From Promethearchaeia archaeon (GTDB lineage Archaea > Asgardarchaeota > Lokiarchaeia > Sigyniarchaeales > SOKP01): 32,000 nt of DNA. The notes beneath the pieces were generated by a model. The model searched no databases, had not been told where the DNA came from, and worked only from the letters and a program-made list of their open reading frames with translations. The stretch covers positions 1 to 32,000 of the forward strand of contig JAWOFX010000175.1 of NCBI GenBank assembly GCA_046497275.1. Reading direction: 5' to 3'. The position numbers were made by a program, and so were the translations under genes. Shown here piece after piece: positions 6,857 through 15,794 of this stretch (its first letter is position 1; the number at the start of each line of letters is the position of its first letter).

Positions 6857-8260
6857 ATGAAAGTCTCGTTTTCAAAAATTAAAATTACTCCAAATGATTA
6901 TATAGGAATGCCCATGGCAGGATATTCGCGTCCTGATCCATGTTTAGGAAAGTTAGATGATATTTTTGCATATGGTGTATTAATAGAGCAAGAGAAATCA
7001 GATGAAAATAACAAGTTTCTTTTATTACTTTCTTTCGATCTCCTAAAAATTCCAATCTCAATTGCCACTTATTTTAAAGAAAAAATTGAAAAAAACTTCA
7101 AGGGAATAAAAGAGAAGAATATTCTAATTCATGCTACGCACACGCATTCTGCTCCAGATCTAACAGGAGAGTTTCATTGGCCTGGTGGTACTTTAGCAGT
7201 CGTTAAGGGTATCATGTTTGGAATAAATCAAAACGATAAATTTATAGTATGGATTGGAGATCAGATTCTTAAGTTAGTCGATCATTTATTAAATTCATTA
7301 CAAAACTCCAAAATTTCATGGATCAAGAAAGTTTTCAATCCAGATATAGTAATTAATCGAAGACATCCCTTAAGAAAACCTAAGCCGGAACTTGGAGTGA
7401 TTTCCTTTAAAGATCTCGATAATAACATAATAGGATTGATTATAAATTATGCTTGTCATCCTACTACCTTATCTTTATTCAATAATAAGCTATCAGCAGA
7501 TTTTCCGGGGAGAATCGTCTCAGAAATCTCAGAAATTACTAATGGAAAAACAAAATGCATATACTTCAACGGTCCAGCAGGGGATTTAAATCCAATCACC
7601 ACATGTGGAACAGATTATGAAGCTTTGAAAGATAATAAAAGTCCTATTTATACCCAATTCGGAACGTACAGACATACAAAAAAACTTGGTTTTCAAATAG
7701 CTGAAGAAGCTTTAAAACTAGCGGAATCAATCCCATCAAACAATTACTATGAAAATATCACATTCCAATTATATATTAAAAATATTTTAGTCCCTCTAAA
7801 AGATCCTAAATATTTTACCTCTTCATGGTTTCAAAATAAGTTATTATACATAATCAAAAAGTATGTTTTATTATCTGTGATCTTAAGTCTCTATGAAAAG
7901 ATTAATTTCCCAATTTTTAAAATTAAGAAAAAGAGAAAACACATTTTTGCGGAAACACTTGTCCAATATATTGATTTTACTGTTCAGAATACAACTAAAA
8001 AGAGAAAATTCACTATTTTTACAGTACCAGGCGAGCTCTTTGAGGAGATAGGAAGGGATCTTATTGAAGAGTCTCCTGTTGGTACTAGTAATAGTTTTTT
8101 ATTTCAAAATTCTAATGATTGGATAGCATATCTTTTTCCAATTAAAGAATATATACAGATTGGAGGGTATGAACCTGTTGCTAGTTTTGGACCTTTGTGC
8201 GGTTTTTATATAGAAAGAGAGATGTTAGATTTTTTTAAAGATATCAAAACACTCTTATAA
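6857..8260 (+). CDS. Neutral/alkaline ceramidase-family Zn amidohydrolase
   Basis: Motifs MPMAGY, ATHTHSAP, NYACHPT, SADFPG, NGPAGDLNP, PGELFEEIG and GGYE. Confidence 0.75.
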   Translation: MKVSFSKIKITPNDYIGMPMAGYSRPDPCLGKLDDIFAYGVLIEQEKSDENNKFLLLLSFDLLKIPISIATYFKEKIEKNFKGIKEKNILIHATHTHSAPDLTGEFHWPGGTLAVVKGIMFGINQNDKFIVWIGDQILKLVDHLLNSLQNSKISWIKKVFNPDIVINRRHPLRKPKPELGVISFKDLDNNIIGLIINYACHPTTLSLFNNKLSADFPGRIVSEISEITNGKTKCIYFNGPAGDLNPITTCGTDYEALKDNKSPIYTQFGTYRHTKKLGFQIAEEALKLAESIPSNNYYENITFQLYIKNILVPLKDPKYFTSSWFQNKLLYIIKKYVLLSVILSLYEKINFPIFKIKKKRKHIFAETLVQYIDFTVQNTTKKRKFTIFTVPGELFEEIGRDLIEESPVGTSNSFLFQNSNDWIAYLFPIKEYIQIGGYEPVASFGPLCGFYIEREMLDFFKDIKTLL

Positions 8261-8312
8261 GTTTCAAGATATAATATTAGGCTTTCAGTTCAATATTTAG
8301 AGATTCTTATAT

Positions 8313-9584
8313 TCACATATCTGAACTAAAATAGCTTGTTTTTTTTGGAAACATAATTTCAATCAATGATTCTGATGAATCCTTTACAATAGCATCCTTT
8401 AAGATATAATTTATTTCCTCAAAAGTACGATCTCCCAGTAATAATTTATATAAAAACCCATTTGGAATCCTAAGATCCGTATTTTGGAGATCTGGATAAC
8501 CTTTATCTAAAAAAATTGTTTCAATTATGCTATTTTTAATTATTAATTTCACAGTTTCTTGATAATCACTTATTATTACATCTTTGTTTAAAGTTTTATA
8601 TTCTGAATTTGCTAATCTCTTTTCTAATATTTTTTTCATTACTTGAAAGAATTTGGAAAGATCTGGAATTTTTACTTGCCAACCATAACTAGAAAGAGGA
8701 GTGCCGCCTAAGGATTTTATGTGGTTAAATAATGAGGAGGTTTCACTAACACTCAGAATCAATAAATCTTCTTTGGAATAATTTGCTATCTTAATTATAT
8801 ATTGCAGTAAAGTATTCATTTGTTTTTGATTTAAATTTGGACCTACTATTTCATAACACTGATTATCATAACTCAACCCTAACGAGAAGTAGCTGCTTTT
8901 TTTACCATCTTTTTCTAAAATATAAGTAGAACGAATTTCTGCGTTATAAATATCATTTAAATATTTAAATTTAAAGCAATCCGGATCAAATTTATTAAAA
9001 ATATAAAAATCTGAATAGAATTCATAATATTTCGATTGAATAAAATTTAGATCATTTATATTAGCTTTTCTAATTTTAATATCTTTAAAATTTGAGTGGG
9101 GAATGTTTGAGATTGGTATTTGTATTCGTTCATCTAAAGAAGATACGAATACATAACCTAATTTGCGATAATAAAAAGGGATTCCTCTTATTACTGAAAA
9201 AATATATTCTCTTTCACGCATTATTCTTTCATATAATTGGTTTAAAATCCTAATAAATCCCCTTCCCCGATATTTTTCAATTGTTCCAACAAACTCCATT
9301 TCACATATATTTAAATCTATATTTTCAATCTGCCATTTTAAAGGAGCTAAACATAGAGAAGAGACCATTCTATTTTTTTCATCATCCTTGATATATAACC
9401 ACATAATATCATTTCTTGTAGGATGTTCTAAAAATATACGGCGAATATAGGTATTCAAGATCTCTTCATGATGAACTTCCATATTTAAATTTATAATTGC
9501 TTCCAACTGTTCTTTATTATCTTCAGCAATATGAATGCTAAAATTAGTATCAATTTTTTCGCTATATCCTTTTTTAAATTTCAT
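8313..9584 (-). CDS. GNAT acetyltransferase, Eis-like (tandem GNAT plus SCP2-like C-terminus)
   Basis: VGTIEKYRGRGF (acetyl-CoA motif A) and GIPFYYRKLGY; 423-aa length typical of Eis-like proteins. Confidence 0.75.
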   Translation of the reverse strand: MKFKKGYSEKIDTNFSIHIAEDNKEQLEAIINLNMEVHHEEILNTYIRRIFLEHPTRNDIMWLYIKDDEKNRMVSSLCLAPLKWQIENIDLNICEMEFVGTIEKYRGRGFIRILNQLYERIMREREYIFSVIRGIPFYYRKLGYVFVSSLDERIQIPISNIPHSNFKDIKIRKANINDLNFIQSKYYEFYSDFYIFNKFDPDCFKFKYLNDIYNAEIRSTYILEKDGKKSSYFSLGLSYDNQCYEIVGPNLNQKQMNTLLQYIIKIANYSKEDLLILSVSETSSLFNHIKSLGGTPLSSYGWQVKIPDLSKFFQVMKKILEKRLANSEYKTLNKDVIISDYQETVKLIIKNSIIETIFLDKGYPDLQNTDLRIPNGFLYKLLLGDRTFEEINYILKDAIVKDSSESLIEIMFPKKTSYFSSDM

Positions 9585-9716
9585 TTTTTTATGTTTAATA
9601 TTATAAATTTAAAGAAAGATAGGATCGTAAATCTTTTTTAGATTTTAGTTTTTATTAGATAAATTATAAAAAAAGTGGGGAAAAGTTAGAGGATATAATT
9701 TCTTTGAAATATGTTG

Positions 9717-10916
9717 CTACACTATTAATTCATATGCTTTTTTCCAAGCGTCTTTATTGATTTTATTAAACTTTTCCATGAAATCATCTTCCTTGAGATT
9801 TTCTTCTTGTTCAACAAGATCTCTGACATTTAAATAAATTTTTCTTTCCAAAGCATCAAATTCATTCATATAAGTTAACTTTTCTTTTTCATTGACTTGC
9901 TTTTTGAAAGGTTCGATAAATTTTTCATGTTTTATCCAAAACCAATCTTCATCTTTTTTCTCATACGGACCTGGAGGGTTTACTTTTTGATCTTGTATCG
10001 GAAATGTATAAGGTTTATACATACTCAAACAAGGATGGTTGCTTCCTGTAAACCAATGAATTGATTTTTTCTCAGGAGGTTTTAAATGCGAAACTTGAGA
10101 ACCCACAGATTCAAAAGCACCATGCATACATATTCCAGCTTCATGCTCTCGCAAGAATTCCATCATCATATCAACTGTAATAGATCCTGCAGCATCAGTT
10201 AATAATTCTGTTGATTTTACTACTCGTGGAGTTAAAGGGATATTATCCCCGATAACTTTCGATTTGGCAAAAGTCTTAGCAAAATCAAAATCATCATCAT
10301 CTTTGCAATATTCGTTTTCAATAGCATGTTGAATAATCCCTTCTCTTCTCATGTCTCCCTTACCGCGAATTGATAAGCTATTAGATATAGCCCTTACATC
10401 CTTTACTTCCTCGACGATCCACCATTTATCAGATGTCTCTAATACATATGCTTCTTGATGATCTGCTATAATATAGGAATTATGATATAACATTTTTCCG
10501 TTATATGCACAATTACCGCCTTGATTGTATTTTTCAAGAAGATCTATTATTGTATCAAGCGCACATTCTGCCGTTTTACATCGTTCTAATCCCAATCGTA
10601 AAAGATCCATCCCAAGTAATCCAGTTTTTCTTATTTTTTCTTTAGTATATACCGCCTCGTTGCCGATGGTTACCCCAAACTCGTTGGTACCCATCTCCGC
10701 CCCCCACATCCACCACGGTTGGCTTAAAAGTACAGCATAGGTTTCTTTTACCTGAGGTATAGATATATAAGTGCATTCTACTTCATCTTCCTCATGAGTT
10801 CTGCGCGGTTGATGTGTTATTAATTGCACTTCATCACTCAGACGGTCACTATTTTTCCCAAAGATCGTATACTCATCTAAGGAAGCGTTTGGTAAGGATA
10901 TTAAGGTATCACACAT
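9717..10916 (-). CDS. Peptidase C69 / secernin-like Ntn hydrolase
   Basis: Starts MCDT (N-terminal nucleophile Cys), with FGKNSDR, WGAEMGTNEFGVTIGNEAV and GMDLLRLGLER. ATG at 10916 preferred over GTG at 10925. Confidence 0.88.
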   Translation of the reverse strand: MCDTLISLPNASLDEYTIFGKNSDRLSDEVQLITHQPRRTHEEDEVECTYISIPQVKETYAVLLSQPWWMWGAEMGTNEFGVTIGNEAVYTKEKIRKTGLLGMDLLRLGLERCKTAECALDTIIDLLEKYNQGGNCAYNGKMLYHNSYIIADHQEAYVLETSDKWWIVEEVKDVRAISNSLSIRGKGDMRREGIIQHAIENEYCKDDDDFDFAKTFAKSKVIGDNIPLTPRVVKSTELLTDAAGSITVDMMMEFLREHEAGICMHGAFESVGSQVSHLKPPEKKSIHWFTGSNHPCLSMYKPYTFPIQDQKVNPPGPYEKKDEDWFWIKHEKFIEPFKKQVNEKEKLTYMNEFDALERKIYLNVRDLVEQEENLKEDDFMEKFNKINKDAWKKAYELIV

Positions 10917-11030
10917 AATTATCACATCGTGAAGTTTTAGAATTAATTAATTATCTTTTATTTGTTTTTAATTAGAATTGCAGTTTCTATATTATATTAT
11001 TAATCATTATTTTCTATTAACAAGAGTCCC

Positions 11031-11069
11031 AAATGAATAAAAATGAAATTGAGTAATTTTTATTCATTT
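11031..11069. repeat. Perfect 14-bp inverted repeat with an 11-nt loop
   Basis: AAATGAATAAAAAT (11031-11044) and ATTTTTATTCATTT (11056-11069), read directly from the sequence. Confidence 0.8.
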
Positions 11070-11114
11070 TTCAAAGATTTTCAGTAGTAATTATTTTGAA
11101 ATCTTCTATTTGGG

Positions 11115-12305
11115 TTATTTTAAGGTTTCATGAAAAATTGAAAAAGGTGCGGCTGTGGATCTCCAGATTGCGATATCCTCAAATCCTAATATTTCTGCAA
11201 AAGTTTTTTTTCCATTACACGTCTTTTTAACTTTTTCCCATAAATTTATTGCAACATCTTCTACTTTTTTGTCTTTCGTGATAATTGTGCTCGCATCAAT
11301 ATCAATATTGCTTGCCATCCAATCACAAGTCTTCGGATTTCCACAAATTTTAATTACGGGAGAAACGGGGTTTCCACAGGGACTCCCTCTTCCGGTAGTC
11401 ATAATAATAATCTGCGCCCCTGCCGCTGCCAATCCTGTCATGCTTTCAACGTCCAAACCTGGTTCTATCATCAGCCAGAGACCTTTATCCTTAGGTTTTT
11501 CTGAATATTCTAATATTCCTTCAATTTGTGCGGTTCCCGCTTTCGCAATAGTACCTAATGATTTTTCCTCAATAGTGGTTAATCCCCCTTCTATATTTCC
11601 AGGAGTTGGTTGAATTCCCCGAAAATCTATCCCAATTTTCATAGTGTTATTTAGAAAAGTATCTATAGTCTCTCTTATCTTCTCCGCAACTTTATCACTC
11701 TTAGCTCGTTCCATAAGAAGATGTTCCGTGCCTACCCATTCGGTAAATTCAGGTAGGATTGAGGTACCTCCCAGCTCCACGACTTTGTCTGAGACTATTC
11801 CTACAGCAGGATTTGCAGTAATCCCTGAGATTGAATCGGATCCTCCACATTCGAGACCTAAAATTAAATTAGAGAAATCAAAGGGCTCTCTTTTCAATTC
11901 TTTAGCTTCCTCAGCCATTTTCTGACCAATTGTGATGCCTTTATCGATAGCAGCAGTTGTCCCTCCTTGGACGTCTTGGACATCAAAATATTCTATAGGT
12001 TTTTTAGATCTTTTAATTTGCTTTCCAATTAGTTTACTCGTTATATTTTCACACCCAAGGCCGACTACAACTGTTCCAAAAACATTAGGATTTTTGCCTA
12101 ATCCCACTAAAGTTCTTAAAGTATATGAAAAATCCGGTCCAAACTGTCCACACCCAAGTGGATGGGTAATCGCCACGGAATTATCAACCTTTTGTGATAT
12201 TTGATCAACGACATGATTTACGCAAACCACAGATGAAATTATTGCGATTTTATTCCTGATTCCAATTTCTCCTTTCGGTCGCTCATATCCCATGAATTCT
12301 TCCAT
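11115..12305 (-). CDS. UxaA/GarD-family dehydratase, large (catalytic) subunit
   Basis: GYERPKGEIGIRN, SSVVCVN, HPLGCGQ, VGLGCE, GLECGGSD, GGLTTIEEKSLG and TTGRG. The true start is probably ATG at 12305, overlapping the upstream stop (TAATG); the track's 18 extra residues overlap the SAF gene. Confidence 0.88.
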   Translation of the reverse strand: MEEFMGYERPKGEIGIRNKIAIISSVVCVNHVVDQISQKVDNSVAITHPLGCGQFGPDFSYTLRTLVGLGKNPNVFGTVVVGLGCENITSKLIGKQIKRSKKPIEYFDVQDVQGGTTAAIDKGITIGQKMAEEAKELKREPFDFSNLILGLECGGSDSISGITANPAVGIVSDKVVELGGTSILPEFTEWVGTEHLLMERAKSDKVAEKIRETIDTFLNNTMKIGIDFRGIQPTPGNIEGGLTTIEEKSLGTIAKAGTAQIEGILEYSEKPKDKGLWLMIEPGLDVESMTGLAAAGAQIIIMTTGRGSPCGNPVSPVIKICGNPKTCDWMASNIDIDASTIITKDKKVEDVAINLWEKVKKTCNGKKTFAEILGFEDIAIWRSTAAPFSIFHETLK

Positions 12306-12583
12306 TATTGTGCTACCTCCTCCAAATAATGACTTGTTATATTGTGCGTATGAATCCATTCTCCGATAGCAATTTCCTCAGTAGCAATACCAATTATTTG
12401 TCCGTATTTTATAATTTTTTCTCCTTTTGTTATATTGCTGAGAGCAAATTTATGACCTAAAGGGATTTTCTGTTTAATATTGATTGATTTATCATTAAAT
12501 TTTAATAACCTACCCTTATCAATTTCTTCCAAAGAAGTTGCACAATTATCTATTTCATCCATAATTATAAATTTATTCGGCAT
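12305..12583 (-). CDS. SAF-domain small subunit of a split UxaA-family dehydratase
   Basis: IPLGHKFAL, GEKIIKYGQIIG and IGEWIHTHN match the UxaA N-terminal SAF domain. Confidence 0.88.
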   Translation of the reverse strand: MPNKFIIMDEIDNCATSLEEIDKGRLLKFNDKSINIKQKIPLGHKFALSNITKGEKIIKYGQIIGIATEEIAIGEWIHTHNITSHYLEEVAQ

Positions 12584-12751
12584 TTATTTTCACTTGTATA
12601 AAAATATTGATTTTATTTAATTTCTATATTTTAAAATGATATATTTATCTTTTAGATTTATATTAAATCTTAGTATAATTTCCTATAATATCTTTTTATA
12701 TTTTACATTATATTATATTAAGTAAAAATCATAAAATTCATTATAATAGAA

Positions 12752-13480
12752 ATGGTTGATTCGAAATCGAATGTCTTAAGTGAGTCTAAAAAAGATAAAT
12801 TAAAGGAATATATTGAAAAGAAAACAGATGTAGTTGAAGCTTTAAATTCACTTATCCGCATCAGGATACTTATATTATTATGGGCATATAAAGAACAAAG
12901 TGTGAATGATTTATGTGAGAAATTAGGTAAAAGCTGGCCTACTGTGAATAAGCATCTTAAAATATTAAAAAAAGAAGGATTATTAGATTTACGAGAAGTG
13001 AAATCACCGGGACCAAGAGATAAAAAATTATATTCTGCGAACCCAGATTTAATCAAATATACACGATTAGGATTTGAATTTTTAGATTTAGATCCCGAGG
13101 ATGTAGTAGAAATTTTGCAAGAGGATGTTAAATCTGATGGAATCACATTGGAAATAATACAAAGAATTTTTGATGACTTAATCCCTTATCACCAAGAGCT
13201 AGAAAGAAAATTAAAAGAAATTGAGCTCACTAATGAAGCACTCAAAAATTTCTATGAAAAATCTCATGTAAATTATTATGTGGAAATTCTAGATGAGGAA
13301 GAATTTGATTATTACTTTCAAAGATACAAAGAATTTTTAAACGATATGGAACAATATAAAGCAAAACGGAGAAAACAAAAAGGAAAAGAAGTGAATGAAA
13401 AGCCATATGCGGCTTTTCACGTAATTTTGCCTTTAAAAAAAGTTCAAGAGGCTCGTTTTAAGCGTTACTGGAATACTTGA
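12752..13480 (+). CDS. ArsR-like winged-helix transcriptional regulator with C-terminal extension
   Basis: RIRILILL...SVNDLCEKLGKSWPTVNKHLKILKKEGLL...KKLYS is a wHTH. Divergent from the SAF/UxaA pair and upstream of aor. Confidence 0.8.
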   Translation: MVDSKSNVLSESKKDKLKEYIEKKTDVVEALNSLIRIRILILLWAYKEQSVNDLCEKLGKSWPTVNKHLKILKKEGLLDLREVKSPGPRDKKLYSANPDLIKYTRLGFEFLDLDPEDVVEILQEDVKSDGITLEIIQRIFDDLIPYHQELERKLKEIELTNEALKNFYEKSHVNYYVEILDEEEFDYYFQRYKEFLNDMEQYKAKRRKQKGKEVNEKPYAAFHVILPLKKVQEARFKRYWNT

Positions 13481-13845
13481 TTCTTAAATCTTAGAATTCT
13501 CCATATTATTTTAAAATATTTTTTGAATTATTGTAGATTCTAAAACACTGTTTGTGTTAAATTTCTTATATCTAAAAACTTGAAAAAGTATATTCCAATT
13601 TTATCGAATAGAAATAGATAAAATTAATAGAAAATTTTAATATATAGATTTCAATAAATTTTTTATATAAATTAAATATCGAATTTGAAATTTGCATCAA
13701 AACTGTTGATATACTAAGATTGAAGATTTCTGACAGAATTGAAAAATTATGAGCAATTATAATTACTTTACATAACCGTTTGAAAAAGATAATTATAAAA
13801 AGTATTCGATAGAATAGATAATAAAAAAATTTTAGAGTATACAAA

Positions 13846-15684
13846 ATGACAGGCTATATGGGAAAGATTTTATGGGTAGATTTGTCAAATGAAACCTTTG
13901 AGGAGCAAGAGATACAAGAGAAAATATATCGTGAATATTATGGCGGATATGGGCTTGCAGCTAAATTGTTATATGAAAACATGAAACCTAAATTGGATTC
14001 TTTAAGTCCAGAAGCATTGTTAGGTTTTTTTCCTGGTTTATTAACTGGTTCTTCAGCCTCCTTAACAGGCAGATTTATGGTTGCCGGAAAGTCCCCTTTG
14101 ACAGGAACATGGGGAGATGCGAATTGTGGCGGATATTTTGGACCTGAAATTAAGAAATGCGGATATGATGGCATAATTTTAAAGGGAAAAGCCTCATCAC
14201 CGAAATATATTGCTCTCATTGATGGTGAAGCTAAAATTGTGGATGCATCTCAATTATGGGGTTTAGATGGCGTCGAAGTAGAGGAAAAATTGCTAGAAAA
14301 ACATCCGAAATCTAAAATTGCGAGTATTGGTCAAGCAGGTGAAAACGTATCGTTAATTTCGGGAATTATTACTGATAAGGGAAGAATTGCAGCACGATCA
14401 GGCTTAGGCGCGATTATGGGGTCAAAAAAGGTCAAAGCAATTGTTCTCAAAGGAGATAAAAAAATCCAAGTTGCAGATAATAATTTAATTCTTGAAAATG
14501 CAAAAGATTATAACAAGGGAGTACAAGAAGCGGAGGCTGGTGCGATATTTTTATGGAAATCTTTGGGAACTCCGTGGCAAAACGACGTAAATACGAAGTT
14601 AGGAGATACACCAATTAAAAATTGGGGTGGAAATTCAGATGATCATTTTCCATTAGAAAATGTAGAACCTATCACGGGTCCAGAAATTAATAAATATAAA
14701 GAAAAAGAATATGGATGCTTTGCATGCCCTGTACGTTGTGGAGGGATTGTAAAAGTACCAGAAGCCGGCATTGAAGAGAGTCATCTTCCAGAATATGAAA
14801 CATGTGGGGCATTTGGCCATATGCTTTTGAATAATGACTTGATGTCTATATTTAAATTAAATGATCTCTGCAATAGAGCTGGAATGGATACAATCTCAGC
14901 AGGGGGTACAATAGCATTTGCAGTTGAATGTTTTGAAAATGGAATTATTGGTTTGGATGATACAGAAGGGCTCATGTTAAAATGGGGAAATTCAGATGCT
15001 TATGTTGAATTATTGAAAAAAATGATAAATCGTCAAGGTATTGGTGATATTTTAGCAGATGGAAGTAAAAAAGCCTCGGAACAAATTGGCAAAGGAAGTG
15101 AAAAATATGCTATCCATTCATTAGGTCAAGAATTGGCAATGCATTCTCCAAAATATTATGACTCTATGGGTACCACCTATGCATTTGATCCCACTCCCGG
15201 AAGACATACAGCAGCAGGACTTGATATGTTCTTATCAGGACCCTTATCGCGCTCTAATGGATATATCGAAGGGTTTCAACTTCCAAGAAAGTATAAAAGA
15301 AAACCAAAACCACGAGCAGAAGCGTTTAAAATGGTTGTCGGACTTGCTCAATCTCTTAGCTGTTTAGGTGTATGTCAATTTACACTTTACTTTCAGAAAT
15401 ATCCGTTACTGGAATTTATCAAAGGAGTTACAGGGTGGGATATCGGTGTTAATGAATTAATAAAAACAGGTCTAAGAATTCAAAATTTAAGAGAAGCGTT
15501 CACTCTGAGAGAAGGAGTTGAGATTGCAGATAATGAAATACCAAAAAGAGCTGTGGGGATTAACTATAAGAATGAATATGAGCGTTTATGCCAAGAATTA
15601 GGTTGGAATCCTGAAAATGGATATCCTTTAAAAGAAACTCTTCAAGATTTAAATCTTGATTTTGTAATTGATACACTATATTAA
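13846..15684 (+). CDS. aor: Aldehyde:ferredoxin oxidoreductase family (W/Mo-pterin, 4Fe-4S)
   Basis: KSPLTG, GRIAARSGLGAIMGSKKVKAI, CFACPVRCG, PEYET, CNRAGMDTIS, PGRH, LGVCQF and C-terminal GW...G.P. Confidence 0.93.
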   Translation: MTGYMGKILWVDLSNETFEEQEIQEKIYREYYGGYGLAAKLLYENMKPKLDSLSPEALLGFFPGLLTGSSASLTGRFMVAGKSPLTGTWGDANCGGYFGPEIKKCGYDGIILKGKASSPKYIALIDGEAKIVDASQLWGLDGVEVEEKLLEKHPKSKIASIGQAGENVSLISGIITDKGRIAARSGLGAIMGSKKVKAIVLKGDKKIQVADNNLILENAKDYNKGVQEAEAGAIFLWKSLGTPWQNDVNTKLGDTPIKNWGGNSDDHFPLENVEPITGPEINKYKEKEYGCFACPVRCGGIVKVPEAGIEESHLPEYETCGAFGHMLLNNDLMSIFKLNDLCNRAGMDTISAGGTIAFAVECFENGIIGLDDTEGLMLKWGNSDAYVELLKKMINRQGIGDILADGSKKASEQIGKGSEKYAIHSLGQELAMHSPKYYDSMGTTYAFDPTPGRHTAAGLDMFLSGPLSRSNGYIEGFQLPRKYKRKPKPRAEAFKMVVGLAQSLSCLGVCQFTLYFQKYPLLEFIKGVTGWDIGVNELIKTGLRIQNLREAFTLREGVEIADNEIPKRAVGINYKNEYERLCQELGWNPENGYPLKETLQDLNLDFVIDTLY

Positions 15685-15685
15685 A

Positions 15686-15718
15686 TTTATTTTTTTCTCT
15701 TTATTTTTTTAATTTTAA
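15686..15718 (+). terminator. T-rich archaeal-type terminator after aor
   Basis: Consecutive T tracts directly after the aor stop, in a convergent intergenic gap. Confidence 0.4.
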
Positions 15719-15794
15719 GCAGTATTAATCAAATAGCAATTTAAATTCTCTATTTCTAGAGATCTTGTAAATAAAAGTAGTAAAATGAAAAAAT

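Noticed and set aside
6849-6860. Tiny upstream ORFs (ATG GAA TCA TGA overlapping the ceramidase start; ATG AGA GCT TAA at 481-492)
   Set aside because: Too short and too frequent by chance to support a regulatory role without expression data.
11155-12204. Antisense ORFs over uxaA (152, 93 and 90 aa) and similar shadow ORFs over other genes (e.g. 2538-2765, 12718-13146, 13938-14219, 20321-20638)
   Set aside because: They lie fully opposite well-supported genes, are Ser/Ile/Pro-rich mirror translations and have no recognisable motifs.
12654-12670. Palindrome AGATTTA-tat-TAAATCT between the SAF gene and the wHTH regulator (possible operator)
   Set aside because: The position is attractive, but 7-bp arms are near chance level in about 80% AT DNA and I found no second copy in the same orientation near aor or other candidate targets.
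13478-13480. Selenocysteine read-through at TGA stops (regulator 13480, ADH 22128) and SECIS-like hairpins
   Set aside because: Both proteins are complete at the TGA, downstream frames are uninformative, and none belongs to a known selenoprotein family.
13597-13625. 9-11-9 inverted repeat upstream of aor, and other short IRs (2968-2982, 6791-6809, 9629-9645, 19140-19159)
   Set aside because: Several IRs of this length are expected by chance in AT-rich intergenic DNA, and they share no consensus.
13572-13844. 90-aa ORF in the gap before aor, plus similar ORFs at 363-554 and 2005-2244
   Set aside because: F/I/Y/L/K-dominated translations of very AT-rich promoter DNA; expected by chance.
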